From contig CBDFLQ010000006.1 in the NCBI GenBank assembly GCA_965249275.1, positions 672,001 through 736,000 of the forward strand: a stretch of DNA of 64,000 nt, read 5' to 3'. Positions 20,110 through 29,575 of the stretch are shown here, piece by piece. Source of the stretch: Dehalococcoidia bacterium (GTDB taxonomy: Bacteria > Chloroflexota > Dehalococcoidia > Plut-88900). How positions within the stretch are numbered: position 1 is the stretch's first letter; the number at the start of each line of letters is the position of its first letter. The notes beneath the pieces were generated by a model. The model saw nothing but the letters and a program-made list of their open reading frames with translations, was not told where the DNA came from and ran no database searches. The position numbers and the translations under genes were made by a program.

Positions 20110-21285
20110 TTGAGGTTCGACGGCAACGTCTACTACCACCTTCTCGAGCGGTACCCGCCCGACCTGCTGATGGAGGAGTGGCGGGAAGAGGCCACTCTCT
20201 TCGACCAGGCGGGCTTCACAACGATATGGATCGGGGAACAGCACTTCTGGATTGCGGCCCCCAATCCCATCCTCATCAATACGCACCTGGCGACTCACAC
20301 CAGGCGGCTCAGGGTCGGGCAGAGCGCCTGCGTCCTCCCCGACTGGCATCCCATCCGCCTCGCCGAGGACCTTGCCCTCCTGGACAACATGACCCGCGGC
20401 AGGCTGGACGTCGGCATCGCCCGGGGCGTGAACACCTTGGCCGGGATCACCTTCAACGCCGACGCTGACCGCCGAGACCAGGCTCGGAACTACGCCCTGT
20501 TCAGCGAGACCCTGGACGTGCTAATCAAGGCCTGGACCGAGGTCGCTTTTGTTCATCAAGGCCGGTTCTACAACTTCCCTCCCTCGGGATGGAAAGAGCA
20601 AGGACCGCGTATATACTCGGACGATCCGGCGCACTACGCGCCGGATGGCGAGATTATCGCCCTCCCCGTGCGCCCGAAGCCCTACCAGAAGCCCCACCCT
20701 CCCATCTGGCAGGCCGCCGACTCCACCGCCTCCTATGCCTTCGCCGCAGAACGAGGCCACGCTACTACCTGTCTCAGCCGCTCCTTCGAAGGTGTCAGGG
20801 AAGCCTGGAACACCTACAAGGAAACAGCTTCCCGCGTCTGGGGTCGGGATGTACCCATGGGCCGAAGCGCCGACGGCAAGACCCTCAACGTCATGCGCAC
20901 CTGCTACGTCGCCGAGACCCAGGAGCAGGCAGAACGCGAGGCCCGAGAAGGAATCAATCGCTGGTACGACGTTACGGTCGGGCTGAACGCCAGCCGGGGG
21001 AAGCAGTCGTGTGTAGCATCCTGGGAGACCTTGCAGGACCGGGACCTCAACGCCGAGTGGTTCGATTTCCTTATGGAGAAAGAGATCATCTGGGTCGGGT
21101 CTCCTGAGTACGTAGCCGAGAGAATCGACCACCTCCGCACCGAGCTTAACTGCGCCCACGTCACCATCTGGCCCAATCCAGTGGGCCTGCCCTATAAAAA
21201 AGTGATGCACAGCCTGGAACTCTTCGCCGACCGGGTCATCCCGATGGTTGAGTCACAGGAGCCCGTGCCCACAACGTCACAATAG
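20110..21285 (+). CDS. LLM-class monooxygenase (close paralog of 16586..17773)
   Basis: TTG start; MRFDGNVYYH.., WIGEQHF, PKPYQKPHPP. Confidence 0.88.
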   Translation: MRFDGNVYYHLLERYPPDLLMEEWREEATLFDQAGFTTIWIGEQHFWIAAPNPILINTHLATHTRRLRVGQSACVLPDWHPIRLAEDLALLDNMTRGRLDVGIARGVNTLAGITFNADADRRDQARNYALFSETLDVLIKAWTEVAFVHQGRFYNFPPSGWKEQGPRIYSDDPAHYAPDGEIIALPVRPKPYQKPHPPIWQAADSTASYAFAAERGHATTCLSRSFEGVREAWNTYKETASRVWGRDVPMGRSADGKTLNVMRTCYVAETQEQAEREAREGINRWYDVTVGLNASRGKQSCVASWETLQDRDLNAEWFDFLMEKEIIWVGSPEYVAERIDHLRTELNCAHVTIWPNPVGLPYKKVMHSLELFADRVIPMVESQEPVPTTSQ

Positions 21286-21307
21286 TCATAGCAAGAGGTA
21301 TTGGGAA

Positions 21308-22249
21308 ATGAGCATGGGTACTATAGGCGTAGAGGTATCGGGGCGGAACGCAACCGAAATCGTCGGACAAATACAACGGCTCGAAGATCTGGGCGTCAAG
21401 GCTGCCTGGGCCACCTCGGGCGGGGACGCAGACCCGATCACCTTGCTTGCCGTAGCGGCCGTGCAGACCGAGTCCATACTCCTCGGCACATCCATCGTCC
21501 CAACCTGGCCCCGCCACCCGATTACCACCGCCCAGCAGGCAAACGTGCTCGCCAATCTGGCTCCGGGTCGCTTCCGCCTCGGCATCGGGCCAAGCCACTA
21601 CTCGGAAATGTACGAGCCCTTCCGTTTCAACTTTCGAAAGCCCCTTACCAACCTGCGGGAATACCTTCGAATCGTGAAACCCTTGATCCAAAAGGGCTCC
21701 GTAGACTTCGACGGTGAACAGTACCACGCACACGTCGCCGCCTCTGATGCGTTCCCAGGCATGCCCGTCATGGCCTCGGCGCTAAGACCGAAATCCTTTC
21801 AGCTCTGCGGTGAGGAAGCCGATGGCGCTATCAGTTGGGTCTGCCCACTTGCTTACTTGCGAGACACAGCGCTCCCGGCCATGAGGGAAGCAGCCGAAGC
21901 CGCCGGACGCCCGACACCCCCGCTAATAGCTCACGCTGTCGTCTCGGTCCACGAAAACTACGACGAAGTCAAAGAGGCTGCCCTGGAAGAGATGGCGTAC
22001 TATCCCACAGCACCCTTCTACCAGCAGATGTTCGCACTGGCCGGGTACCCCGAGGCCGAGGAGCTTAATGGCTGGAGCGACCGGATGCTCAAGGAGATCG
22101 TGGTATCCGGCCCCGAGGATGAAGTCGCACCAAGGCTGGAACAGTTCTTCGACGCAGGCGCCGGAGAGGTGCTTGTCTCCATCATCCCCGCAGGCCCCGA
22201 CAAGCGAGCCTCGTGGGAGCGGACGGCCAGACTCCTGGCGGGTCTTTAG
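21308..22249 (+). CDS. LLM-class F420-type oxidoreductase (paralog of 1617..2573)
   Basis: LGTSIVPTWPRHP, GRFRLGIGPSH, GEEADG; ATG at 21308 follows GAGG. Confidence 0.85.
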   Translation: MSMGTIGVEVSGRNATEIVGQIQRLEDLGVKAAWATSGGDADPITLLAVAAVQTESILLGTSIVPTWPRHPITTAQQANVLANLAPGRFRLGIGPSHYSEMYEPFRFNFRKPLTNLREYLRIVKPLIQKGSVDFDGEQYHAHVAASDAFPGMPVMASALRPKSFQLCGEEADGAISWVCPLAYLRDTALPAMREAAEAAGRPTPPLIAHAVVSVHENYDEVKEAALEEMAYYPTAPFYQQMFALAGYPEAEELNGWSDRMLKEIVVSGPEDEVAPRLEQFFDAGAGEVLVSIIPAGPDKRASWERTARLLAGL

Positions 22250-23424
22250 TCTTCCCAGTAGGGCGTGTAGCCGGCCGTGGTGAGTCGGTCAAGGCCCGTG
22301 GCCGTAACCTGGTACATGTCCTCGACTTTGACGACTACTGTTTCCCCGTTCACCTCCACCGAGGTCTCAGGCTCCAGGCAGATCACCATCCCCTCTTCAA
22401 GCTGCGCGTCAACCATCATCATGTCCGGGCGATAGATGATGGGAAGCTCGCAGGCCCGGAGCCCGGTCCCATGGCCCAGGGAGTAGGGCGTAGTCGGGTA
22501 GCCGGACTTTGCCAGCAGGTCGTTGACCGTACGGTCCAGGTGGGAGACTCGGACGCCGGGCTTGGCCTCGGCCTCCGTGGCCCGGTGAGATTCCATCAGC
22601 ACCTTCCAGGCCTTCTGCACGAGCGCGGGAGGCTCACCCACGAAACCCGTCCTGCACATGTCGGAGCCGTACCCGCCTTTTACGTAGCACCCCCAGTCGA
22701 ACGCCATCGTTCCGCCTTCCTCCATCTTGCTCCCCCTCGGGAACCAGCCGGCCGTAAGCTGGCTTTCACCCTTGATGCAAACGTTATGGGTGATGAATTC
22801 GGCGCCTTGGGCACGCATCGTGCCGTCAATGGCGGAAAGCACCTCAAAGTCCAGCGCTCCCTCCTGCATCGCCTCCAGTCCAGCGTCCCCTCCCATAGAT
22901 GCAATCTCCGCGCTGGAGCGGATCAGCTTGATCTCCTCCGAGTGCTTCACCTGCCGAGCCATGGCCAGCGGCATATAGGCGTCCAAGAAAGTGGCCTCCG
23001 ACATCATCCGTTTCATCCCGTCCCACAGCTGGAACGGCATCGCGTCGACCCCCACCCGCCGTGCCCCGAGGCTCCGTAGCTTGCGCGAAAGAATATCGAC
23101 CCAGATCTCGGCCTGGGTGATACTGGACACCCATGAGGGCGTCGGTACGAACTCCTTGATCCAGGGCAGGTCGGGCATCGGCTTGTCTACCACCCGGTCG
23201 ACATAGGGAATGTAGAGGTAAGCCTCGCCTTCCTGCGTCACAATTGCCGCGAACCAGTCGTAGGATTCGCAGATCAGGAAGACACCGAAGTCCGTGGCAT
23301 AGCGGATGTTATCGTGGCCCATGAGGACGAGGGCGTCAACGTTGGCGTCCTTCATCACCTGGGCGACCCTCTCGGTGCGGTACTTGCGAAGGCCGTCCCA
23401 ATCGATATCCGGGTAAGAGTACAT
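22246..23424 (-). CDS. M24 family Xaa-Pro peptidase/creatinase-like hydrolase
   Basis: Creatinase-like N-terminus (DNIRYATD); metal ligands in FDWG, SDMCRT, GHGTG, LEPE, VED. Confidence 0.85.
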   Translation of the reverse strand: MYSYPDIDWDGLRKYRTERVAQVMKDANVDALVLMGHDNIRYATDFGVFLICESYDWFAAIVTQEGEAYLYIPYVDRVVDKPMPDLPWIKEFVPTPSWVSSITQAEIWVDILSRKLRSLGARRVGVDAMPFQLWDGMKRMMSEATFLDAYMPLAMARQVKHSEEIKLIRSSAEIASMGGDAGLEAMQEGALDFEVLSAIDGTMRAQGAEFITHNVCIKGESQLTAGWFPRGSKMEEGGTMAFDWGCYVKGGYGSDMCRTGFVGEPPALVQKAWKVLMESHRATEAEAKPGVRVSHLDRTVNDLLAKSGYPTTPYSLGHGTGLRACELPIIYRPDMMMVDAQLEEGMVICLEPETSVEVNGETVVVKVEDMYQVTATGLDRLTTAGYTPYWED

Positions 23425-23548
23425 GCTCACCTCCCGCCAAGTCTTTCTGCCGCTATTCTATGGCTTTTCGACGCCGGAGGGCTAGGCGCGCGGTGATACA
23501 CTAGCCCCCGAGACCGGTGCGATACCAAAAGCGCTAAGGAGCATCCAA

Positions 23549-24553
23549 TTGAGCATGGAGGAGCGGGCCCAGAGCATCTACAACGACGCCATCGCCATCG
23601 ATGGGCTGAACATCAGCAACTGGGAGAGCCCGGCTGTTTATCAAAGCCTGAGCAACGGCAACCTCACGGCCATCAACGCCACCATCGCCGTCTGGGAGGG
23701 TTTCGAGGAGACCATGGACCACGTGGCAGGCTGGAAGCGCCGTTTCCGAGAGATGCCCGACACCCTCTCCCAGGTCCGGTCGGTGGACGACATATTGCGC
23801 GCCAAGGATGAGGGCAAGGTGGGGATAATCCTCGGGTTTCAGAACGCCTCACCCATCGAGAACAAGCTCGACAGGCTGGAGCTCTTTCACGACTTGGGAG
23901 TAAGGGTGATTCAGGTCACATATAACGAAAGAAACCTGCTCGGCAACGGCTGCTGGGAACGCACAGACGAGGGTCTTAGCAACTTTGGGGAAGACGCCGT
24001 GCGGGAGATGAACCGGCTGGGCATACTCATTGACCTCTCCCACGTCGGGGACCGGACCACCCTGGAAACGGCAGAGTTGTCGGATAAGCCGGTTTCGGCC
24101 ACCCACGCCAATGCCCGCTCCCACTTCGAGCACGTCCGCAACAAGACCGACGATGCGCTAAAGCTCATCGCCGAGAAGGGTGGCGTTGTCGGGGCCAACG
24201 CGTTCCCGCCCTTCCTGCCCAAGAGCTTCGAGTCGACCCTATCCGACTACGTGGACGCAATAGACGACCTCGTGGACAGAATAGGAATCGACCACGTTGC
24301 CATTGGCACCGACTACACCCAGGACCAATCCAACTCCTTCTTCGATTGGCTGTTCTCGCAGCAGGGCACCAAGATTCGTCCCCGCCCCGTTCCCTACCCC
24401 TCGCCCCTCCTACACCCCAAGGGCATGGAAACTCCCGACCGCTTCTCCAACATCGCGCTTGAGCTTCTGAACCGCGGCTACGGCGAAGAGGACATCAGGA
24501 AGGTACTGGGTGGTAACTGGGTACGCCTGCTGCGGGAAGTGTGGGCTGATTAA
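23549..24553 (+). CDS. Membrane dipeptidase family (M19) amidohydrolase
   Basis: IDGL, LGFQN, QVTYN, IDLSH, THAN, IGTDYTQ, LGGNWVR motifs. Confidence 0.88.
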   Translation: MSMEERAQSIYNDAIAIDGLNISNWESPAVYQSLSNGNLTAINATIAVWEGFEETMDHVAGWKRRFREMPDTLSQVRSVDDILRAKDEGKVGIILGFQNASPIENKLDRLELFHDLGVRVIQVTYNERNLLGNGCWERTDEGLSNFGEDAVREMNRLGILIDLSHVGDRTTLETAELSDKPVSATHANARSHFEHVRNKTDDALKLIAEKGGVVGANAFPPFLPKSFESTLSDYVDAIDDLVDRIGIDHVAIGTDYTQDQSNSFFDWLFSQQGTKIRPRPVPYPSPLLHPKGMETPDRFSNIALELLNRGYGEEDIRKVLGGNWVRLLREVWAD

Positions 24554-24723
24554 GCCATAATCGCCGGGCGTGACGCGTTTCGGGCCCCAGGGTCCGCTGA
24601 CACGGACCGCGAAGGGGATTAGGCCCAGATGATGTACTGCCGCCGAGCCAGGCGCAGGCGACGGCGGCAATCTAGTCCGAATCGGTAAATAAGCCGGTAC
24701 TATACCTCTTAGGCGGTCCACAT

Positions 24724-25953
24724 TTGAACCAAAACGCTCCACCCACCGGGCGGCGCTTGCTCGTGATCGGCTCCCTGACCTCGGGCCACGCCATCAGCTT
24801 CTCCACGATAATCACCATTGGGCTGCTGCTACCCTATATTGCCTCAGACCTGGACCTGTCTCCCTTGGAACAGGGTGTGCTGGGCGCCTCGGCAACCCTG
24901 GCGGTTCTCTTCCTGAACATACCAACGGCCTGGATTGCATCCCGATACCGGCCCTGGAGAGTCGCTAGCCTGGGGTTGATGATCGTGGCCGGGTTCACGT
25001 TGTTGCAAGGCTGGGCCCCGGGCTTCGTTCTCCTCCTCTTGGGAAGGTTCGGCATGTCCATTGCCTTTGCCCAAACTGAGGCCGCTACCGCCTTGTTGGT
25101 GCAGCAATGGTCGACCCGCAGGCAGGTTGCCCCGACTAACGGCATGATGATCTCCGGCGGAGACATAGTAATCGGCATCGCATTGCTGATGACGCCTTAT
25201 CTCATCGATTGGCTGGGCGGATGGCGAAACGTCATGTACATGTGGGCGGGCCTTAGCTTTCTCGCCGCGGCCTCCTGGATGGTGCTGGGAGGAGAACGGC
25301 AGACCCCCGATTACGTCGAGCGGTTCCGTTCTCAACAGGGAAACCCTCTTGCCAGCATTGTCAAATACAAGGAGCTTTGGATCTTGGGCGTGGGTATGGC
25401 GGGTGGGTTGGCCATGGAGAGCGCTTACACCATATTCTGGCCGACCTTCGCACAGCAGGAAATGTCGGTCGACCCAAAGATTGTCGGGCTTGGGATGGGC
25501 TTGTACATGTTCGCCGCCGCTCCCGCCGAGCTGCTTGTCGTGTCCCTGCGCTTTCTTCAGAACAGGCAACTGACAGTGATGGCGGTGACCGGGGTGGTGA
25601 CGATGGGCACACACATGGCCTTACTCTTCACCGGGTCGGAGGTACTGATAGTCCTCATCAACATATTCCGTGGGTTTTCCATCTGCTACTTCCCGGTAAT
25701 CGTCACTATGGTCTACCAGTTGCCCGGCATCCGGCCCCGAGAAGTGGCCATAGGACTGGCTTTCATCTACACCGTGATGAACGCGGGCTCAGCCATAGGG
25801 CCCCTGATCGTCGGCGGTATCGTGCAGGTAACTGGCGATCTGCAGATGGCCCTCTTCGTCACAACGCTGCTCCCCTTGTCTCTCGTAATGTCAGCCTTGC
25901 TGCTGAAACCGAGGATCGGCCGCCACTTAAGCGAGGAATCCGCGTTGACGTAG
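24724..25953 (+). CDS. MFS transporter
   Basis: 409 aa with about 12 hydrophobic segments; LLLGRF and GWRNV motifs. Confidence 0.8.
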   Translation: MNQNAPPTGRRLLVIGSLTSGHAISFSTIITIGLLLPYIASDLDLSPLEQGVLGASATLAVLFLNIPTAWIASRYRPWRVASLGLMIVAGFTLLQGWAPGFVLLLLGRFGMSIAFAQTEAATALLVQQWSTRRQVAPTNGMMISGGDIVIGIALLMTPYLIDWLGGWRNVMYMWAGLSFLAAASWMVLGGERQTPDYVERFRSQQGNPLASIVKYKELWILGVGMAGGLAMESAYTIFWPTFAQQEMSVDPKIVGLGMGLYMFAAAPAELLVVSLRFLQNRQLTVMAVTGVVTMGTHMALLFTGSEVLIVLINIFRGFSICYFPVIVTMVYQLPGIRPREVAIGLAFIYTVMNAGSAIGPLIVGGIVQVTGDLQMALFVTTLLPLSLVMSALLLKPRIGRHLSEESALT

Positions 25954-26032
25954 GTGAGCCGGGGCAATTCCGCTCCCGTGCGTGGTATAGTCACCCCTCT
26001 GACCCACCCATTTTCGCTTTCGGAGGCGCGCC

Positions 26033-26431
26033 ATGAATGATATCGACAAAGTGCTGGAAACGTGCAAGACCGTCGCCGTGGTGGGCCTCTCCCCCCGCCC
26101 CGAACGGGATAGCAACGGCGTAGCGGCATACATTCAGGAGCATGGGTACAGGATAATACCTGTGAATCCCGCTACCCAGGAGATTCTCGGAGAGAAATGC
26201 TACCCTGACCTCGCCTCCATCCCGGAACCCGTGGACGTGGTCGACATCTTCCGCCGCTCCGAAGAGGTGCCAACCATCGTCGCCGATGCCATCAAGATCG
26301 GGGCCCGGGCCGTATGGATGCAGAAGGGCGTGATCAGCGAAGAAGGCGCCTCGGCAGCGCGGGCCGCAGGCCTCACGGTAGTCATGAACGAATGCATTGA
26401 ATGCGAAGTGCGGGCTCGGGCGGGGGGATGA
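26033..26431 (+). CDS. CoA-binding protein (YccU-like)
   Basis: VAVVGLSPRPERDS, IPVNP, VDIFRRSE, WMQKG motifs. Confidence 0.9.
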   Translation: MNDIDKVLETCKTVAVVGLSPRPERDSNGVAAYIQEHGYRIIPVNPATQEILGEKCYPDLASIPEPVDVVDIFRRSEEVPTIVADAIKIGARAVWMQKGVISEEGASAARAAGLTVVMNECIECEVRARAGG

Positions 26432-26510
26432 ATTGTCGGCAGGTAGGCTTTGCTATAATCCTGACTGGGAATTGGTGCCGGGTGCCTCTGATTAAGGTAG
26501 CGAGGTAATT

Positions 26511-27083
26511 ATGCCAAAAGTAATGTTTGACAACACTGAGTTTGACAGCTTCCACGAAGCGGTATGTGCCGCTCTATTCGAAAGGTATGGATGGAAATGG
26601 GAAAAACCCAGGAAAGCATTGGCGGGATGGTTCCCTGATTTTCTTCTAAAGGGCGATTCTACCGTATACGTTGAATGTAAAGGGAGTGTTCAATGGGACG
26701 AGATTCAATCGCTACCATTGCAAAAATACGAAGACGCAATAGGCGGACAACCGTGTGAAGTTCTTCTGATTCTTCAGTCCCCACGGAGGGAGAAGAACAC
26801 AAGGGGTTTTGTGAATAGCTTCCTTGGGTATCTATACGATGGGGATACTTGGTCGTATGCCGCCCTTGGTAGGTGGTCAGGAAGCGTAGGATTTTGCCAC
26901 AATGCTAACGGTTGGAAAGACCGCATGTCTGGGCAAAATATCCATGGCTCAATAGGAGATGGGCAAAGACCTGACGTCGATCGGGACTGGCGTGCTGCAA
27001 CCCATCTAGTGAACGGCAAACGGGTTTCTTTCTTCAAGCGGGACGTTGATTCAGACATAGAGGAGTGGGAACTCCCCTCTTAG
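26511..27083 (+). CDS. Putative PD-(D/E)XK nuclease
   Basis: FDSFHEA..ALFE..GWKWE..WFPDFLL..YVECKG; AT-richer than flanks. Confidence 0.65.
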   Translation: MPKVMFDNTEFDSFHEAVCAALFERYGWKWEKPRKALAGWFPDFLLKGDSTVYVECKGSVQWDEIQSLPLQKYEDAIGGQPCEVLLILQSPRREKNTRGFVNSFLGYLYDGDTWSYAALGRWSGSVGFCHNANGWKDRMSGQNIHGSIGDGQRPDVDRDWRAATHLVNGKRVSFFKRDVDSDIEEWELPS

Positions 27084-27101
27084 TCATCTAATTCGTTTCT
27101 A

Positions 27102-27305
27102 TCACTTCGGCAGCCCTCGCTCATCGTACAAAAAGTCCCCGTGTTCAACAGCCGACGGACCATCGCACAACTGTGCGGCGCAGCGTTGCCCTATCTCGTG
27201 TAACTCCTGGATTCGGGCTTCAACGATTCTCTGACGCTCCATACTCTCCTTGTGTCCAACCTCACAAGGGGTCTCTTCATTATTCGCTTCAAAACTCACG
27301 GGCAT
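27102..27305 (-). pseudogene. Degenerate Rv0623-like (PSK_trans_fac/VapB) antitoxin
   Basis: C-terminal HGDFLYDERGLPK is typical of this family; the N-terminal RHH segment looks shortened; no VapC follows. Confidence 0.55.
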
Positions 27306-27404
27306 TTCTCCAAAGTCCAAGCTTTCTAGGCAAGTCTACTAGATTCTCCAGATTCCCGTTGGACACTATTCGAGTATTTTATGGGCGTTAACCCCACCCC
27401 CCAA

Positions 27405-27434
27405 TTGACACCACCACCCCGCTAAAGGTATGTT
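27405..27434 (+). promoter_or_regulatory. Putative sigma70 promoter
   Basis: TTGACA-18 nt-TATGTT upstream of the amidohydrolase-cupin-LLM cluster. Confidence 0.5.
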
Positions 27435-27474
27435 TTGTGCCGTTTCCGGCCCGTGCCCCGGGGACGACCTAGCC

Positions 27475-29136
27475 ATGCCTCAAGTAGACGTCATATTCCA
27501 CAACGGCCCGATTTTAACCGTCGACGCACAGGACACGGTCTCCGGGGCCGCGGCGGTGATTGGCAACAAGATCTCCGCCGTAGGTCATGCGGAAGAAGTG
27601 CTGGCGTCCAAGGGTGATGGTACCCTCGTCGTAGACTTGGCCGGGCGAGCCCTCGTCCCCGGCTTCAACGACGCCCACACCCACCTGGAACTCACGAGCC
27701 TGGGCCTCGGGCTCGCCGTCAGTTGCCACACCCCACCCCACGAGAGTATTAAGGACATCCTCACCACCCTGAGTGAGCACGCCGCGGGTGTGCCCAAAGG
27801 CGACTGGATCATCGCCCAGGGCAGCCTCTTTCAGGACATGCGCCTCCGGGAAAAGCGCTACCCCGACCGGCACGATCTGGACCGCGTCAGCGTCGATCAT
27901 CCCATCCTGTTCAAGACCAGCTACCACATGGTGATAGTCAACAGTAAGGTGTTGGAGATCGCAGGTATAACCTCGGATACCCCCGACCCCCAGGGCGGCA
28001 TCATCGAAAGAGACTCCTCCGGCGAGCCCACGGGCCGCATGAAGGACATGTATCACCGGCTCCCAGTCCCTATGCCCGACTACGAAACGGTCAAGGACGC
28101 CATCCGACGCACCGTCCACGACCGTTTCCTGGCCAACGGCGTCACCACCGTCCAGGAGATGTCCGAGACCGTGTCGGGCCTCGGGGCCATGCGGGAGCTC
28201 ATAGACTCCGGCGAGATGCCCCTCAGACTGAGCGTCTATATCCACGTGCCCGGCACCCTGCCTCTGGACAACGTGCTGAATAACGAGATCGGAGACTTCG
28301 AATTCGACGACGCGTGGCTCAGGCTCGGCGGGGTCAAGTTGTTCATTGACGGCGGGTTTTCCGCAAGGGCCGCCGCCCTCCGGGACCCCTACGAAGGCTA
28401 CCCCGACATCACCGGCAAGCTCGGATACGAGGACCGGGAGCTCAGGAGGATCGTGCGCAAGGTGCACCGGGCCGGACTCCAGCTGCGCATGCATACCAAC
28501 GGCGACCGAGCCATCAAGCAGCTCATTGATGCCTTCGAGACGGTGTTCGGAATTCCGGCGGGTGTCGGAGAGGACTGGCCCTACCGACACCGCGCCGAGC
28601 ACGTAGGCAACGTTCTCCTACGCGACGACCTGACCATCTCGCGGCTGGCAAGCGCCAAGATTCTGCCGGTACCCAACCCTGCATTCATCTACAGCGTCGC
28701 CGAGTTTGTTGCCCCATATCTCGGCCCGGAGCGGAGCCATCCATCCTTCCGATTCAGGACCCTTTTGGACGCCGGGTTCCGAGTTCCGGGCAGCTCGGAC
28801 TGCACGGGCACCGACCCGTGGCTCGTCAACCCCATGTTCGGCATCTGGTGCATGGTCAACCGTCGCACCTACTCCGGAGACCTGTTGGAACCCGAGGAAA
28901 AGGTCTCCGTCGCCGAGGCCATACGCATTTACACCTACAATTCCGCCTACGCCGAATTCCAGGAAGAGGTCAAAGGGTCCATCGAGGAAGGGAAGCTGGC
29001 CGACCTCGTGGTGCTTGACCGTGACCCGATCACCGCGCCGGAAGAGACGTTGAAGGACATACGCGTCGACCAAACATGGGTAGACGGCAAGCTAGTTTTC
29101 AGTAGAGACCCGAATGAGGAGAGCAGCAATGGGTGA
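27475..29136 (+). CDS. Amidohydrolase family 3 (YtcJ-like)
   Basis: PGFNDAHTH, KLFIDGG, HTNGDRA, HRAEH, GSSD, GSIEEGKLADLVVLD motifs. Confidence 0.9.
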   Translation: MPQVDVIFHNGPILTVDAQDTVSGAAAVIGNKISAVGHAEEVLASKGDGTLVVDLAGRALVPGFNDAHTHLELTSLGLGLAVSCHTPPHESIKDILTTLSEHAAGVPKGDWIIAQGSLFQDMRLREKRYPDRHDLDRVSVDHPILFKTSYHMVIVNSKVLEIAGITSDTPDPQGGIIERDSSGEPTGRMKDMYHRLPVPMPDYETVKDAIRRTVHDRFLANGVTTVQEMSETVSGLGAMRELIDSGEMPLRLSVYIHVPGTLPLDNVLNNEIGDFEFDDAWLRLGGVKLFIDGGFSARAAALRDPYEGYPDITGKLGYEDRELRRIVRKVHRAGLQLRMHTNGDRAIKQLIDAFETVFGIPAGVGEDWPYRHRAEHVGNVLLRDDLTISRLASAKILPVPNPAFIYSVAEFVAPYLGPERSHPSFRFRTLLDAGFRVPGSSDCTGTDPWLVNPMFGIWCMVNRRTYSGDLLEPEEKVSVAEAIRIYTYNSAYAEFQEEVKGSIEEGKLADLVVLDRDPITAPEETLKDIRVDQTWVDGKLVFSRDPNEESSNG

Positions 29137-29551
29137 TCAAGAGGAACGAGGCCCCAACCACATCAAGAACTATGCGCTCGGACCCATGCAGCCCTACGGC
29201 AACTATCCCCAATCTCTACTGGACACGTTCAGAGTTAAATCGCTCCTGAGCCCCGGCGCTCACCTAAAGACAGAGGACGCCCACGCCGGCCTGCTCGAAA
29301 TAGCCCCGGGCACCGACTACGCGGCTCACACTCACGCTTGGCCCGAGGCCTACTTTATCATCAAAGGGACCGCGGATTGCGTCTGGGGCGAGGACTCGTT
29401 CACCGCAGGCCCCGGCACCATGATTTACGGCGGGCCCTTTACATCCCACGCCATGGTCATCACCAGTGAAGAACCTCTCCTGACCCTCATTTTCAGCTGG
29501 GCCCCGGGCGGCGACAGAAGTGTCTTCGATGAAGATGGAAAACTAATCTAA
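29129..29551 (+). CDS. Cupin domain protein (DMSP lyase DddK/DddW/DddQ-like motif)
   Basis: GLLEIAPGTDYAAHTHAWPEAYFIIKG...SHAM (HxH..E.Y..H). Confidence 0.75.
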   Translation: MGDQEERGPNHIKNYALGPMQPYGNYPQSLLDTFRVKSLLSPGAHLKTEDAHAGLLEIAPGTDYAAHTHAWPEAYFIIKGTADCVWGEDSFTAGPGTMIYGGPFTSHAMVITSEEPLLTLIFSWAPGGDRSVFDEDGKLI

Positions 29552-29575
29552 CCAACCTGGAAAAGTAATCGACAA

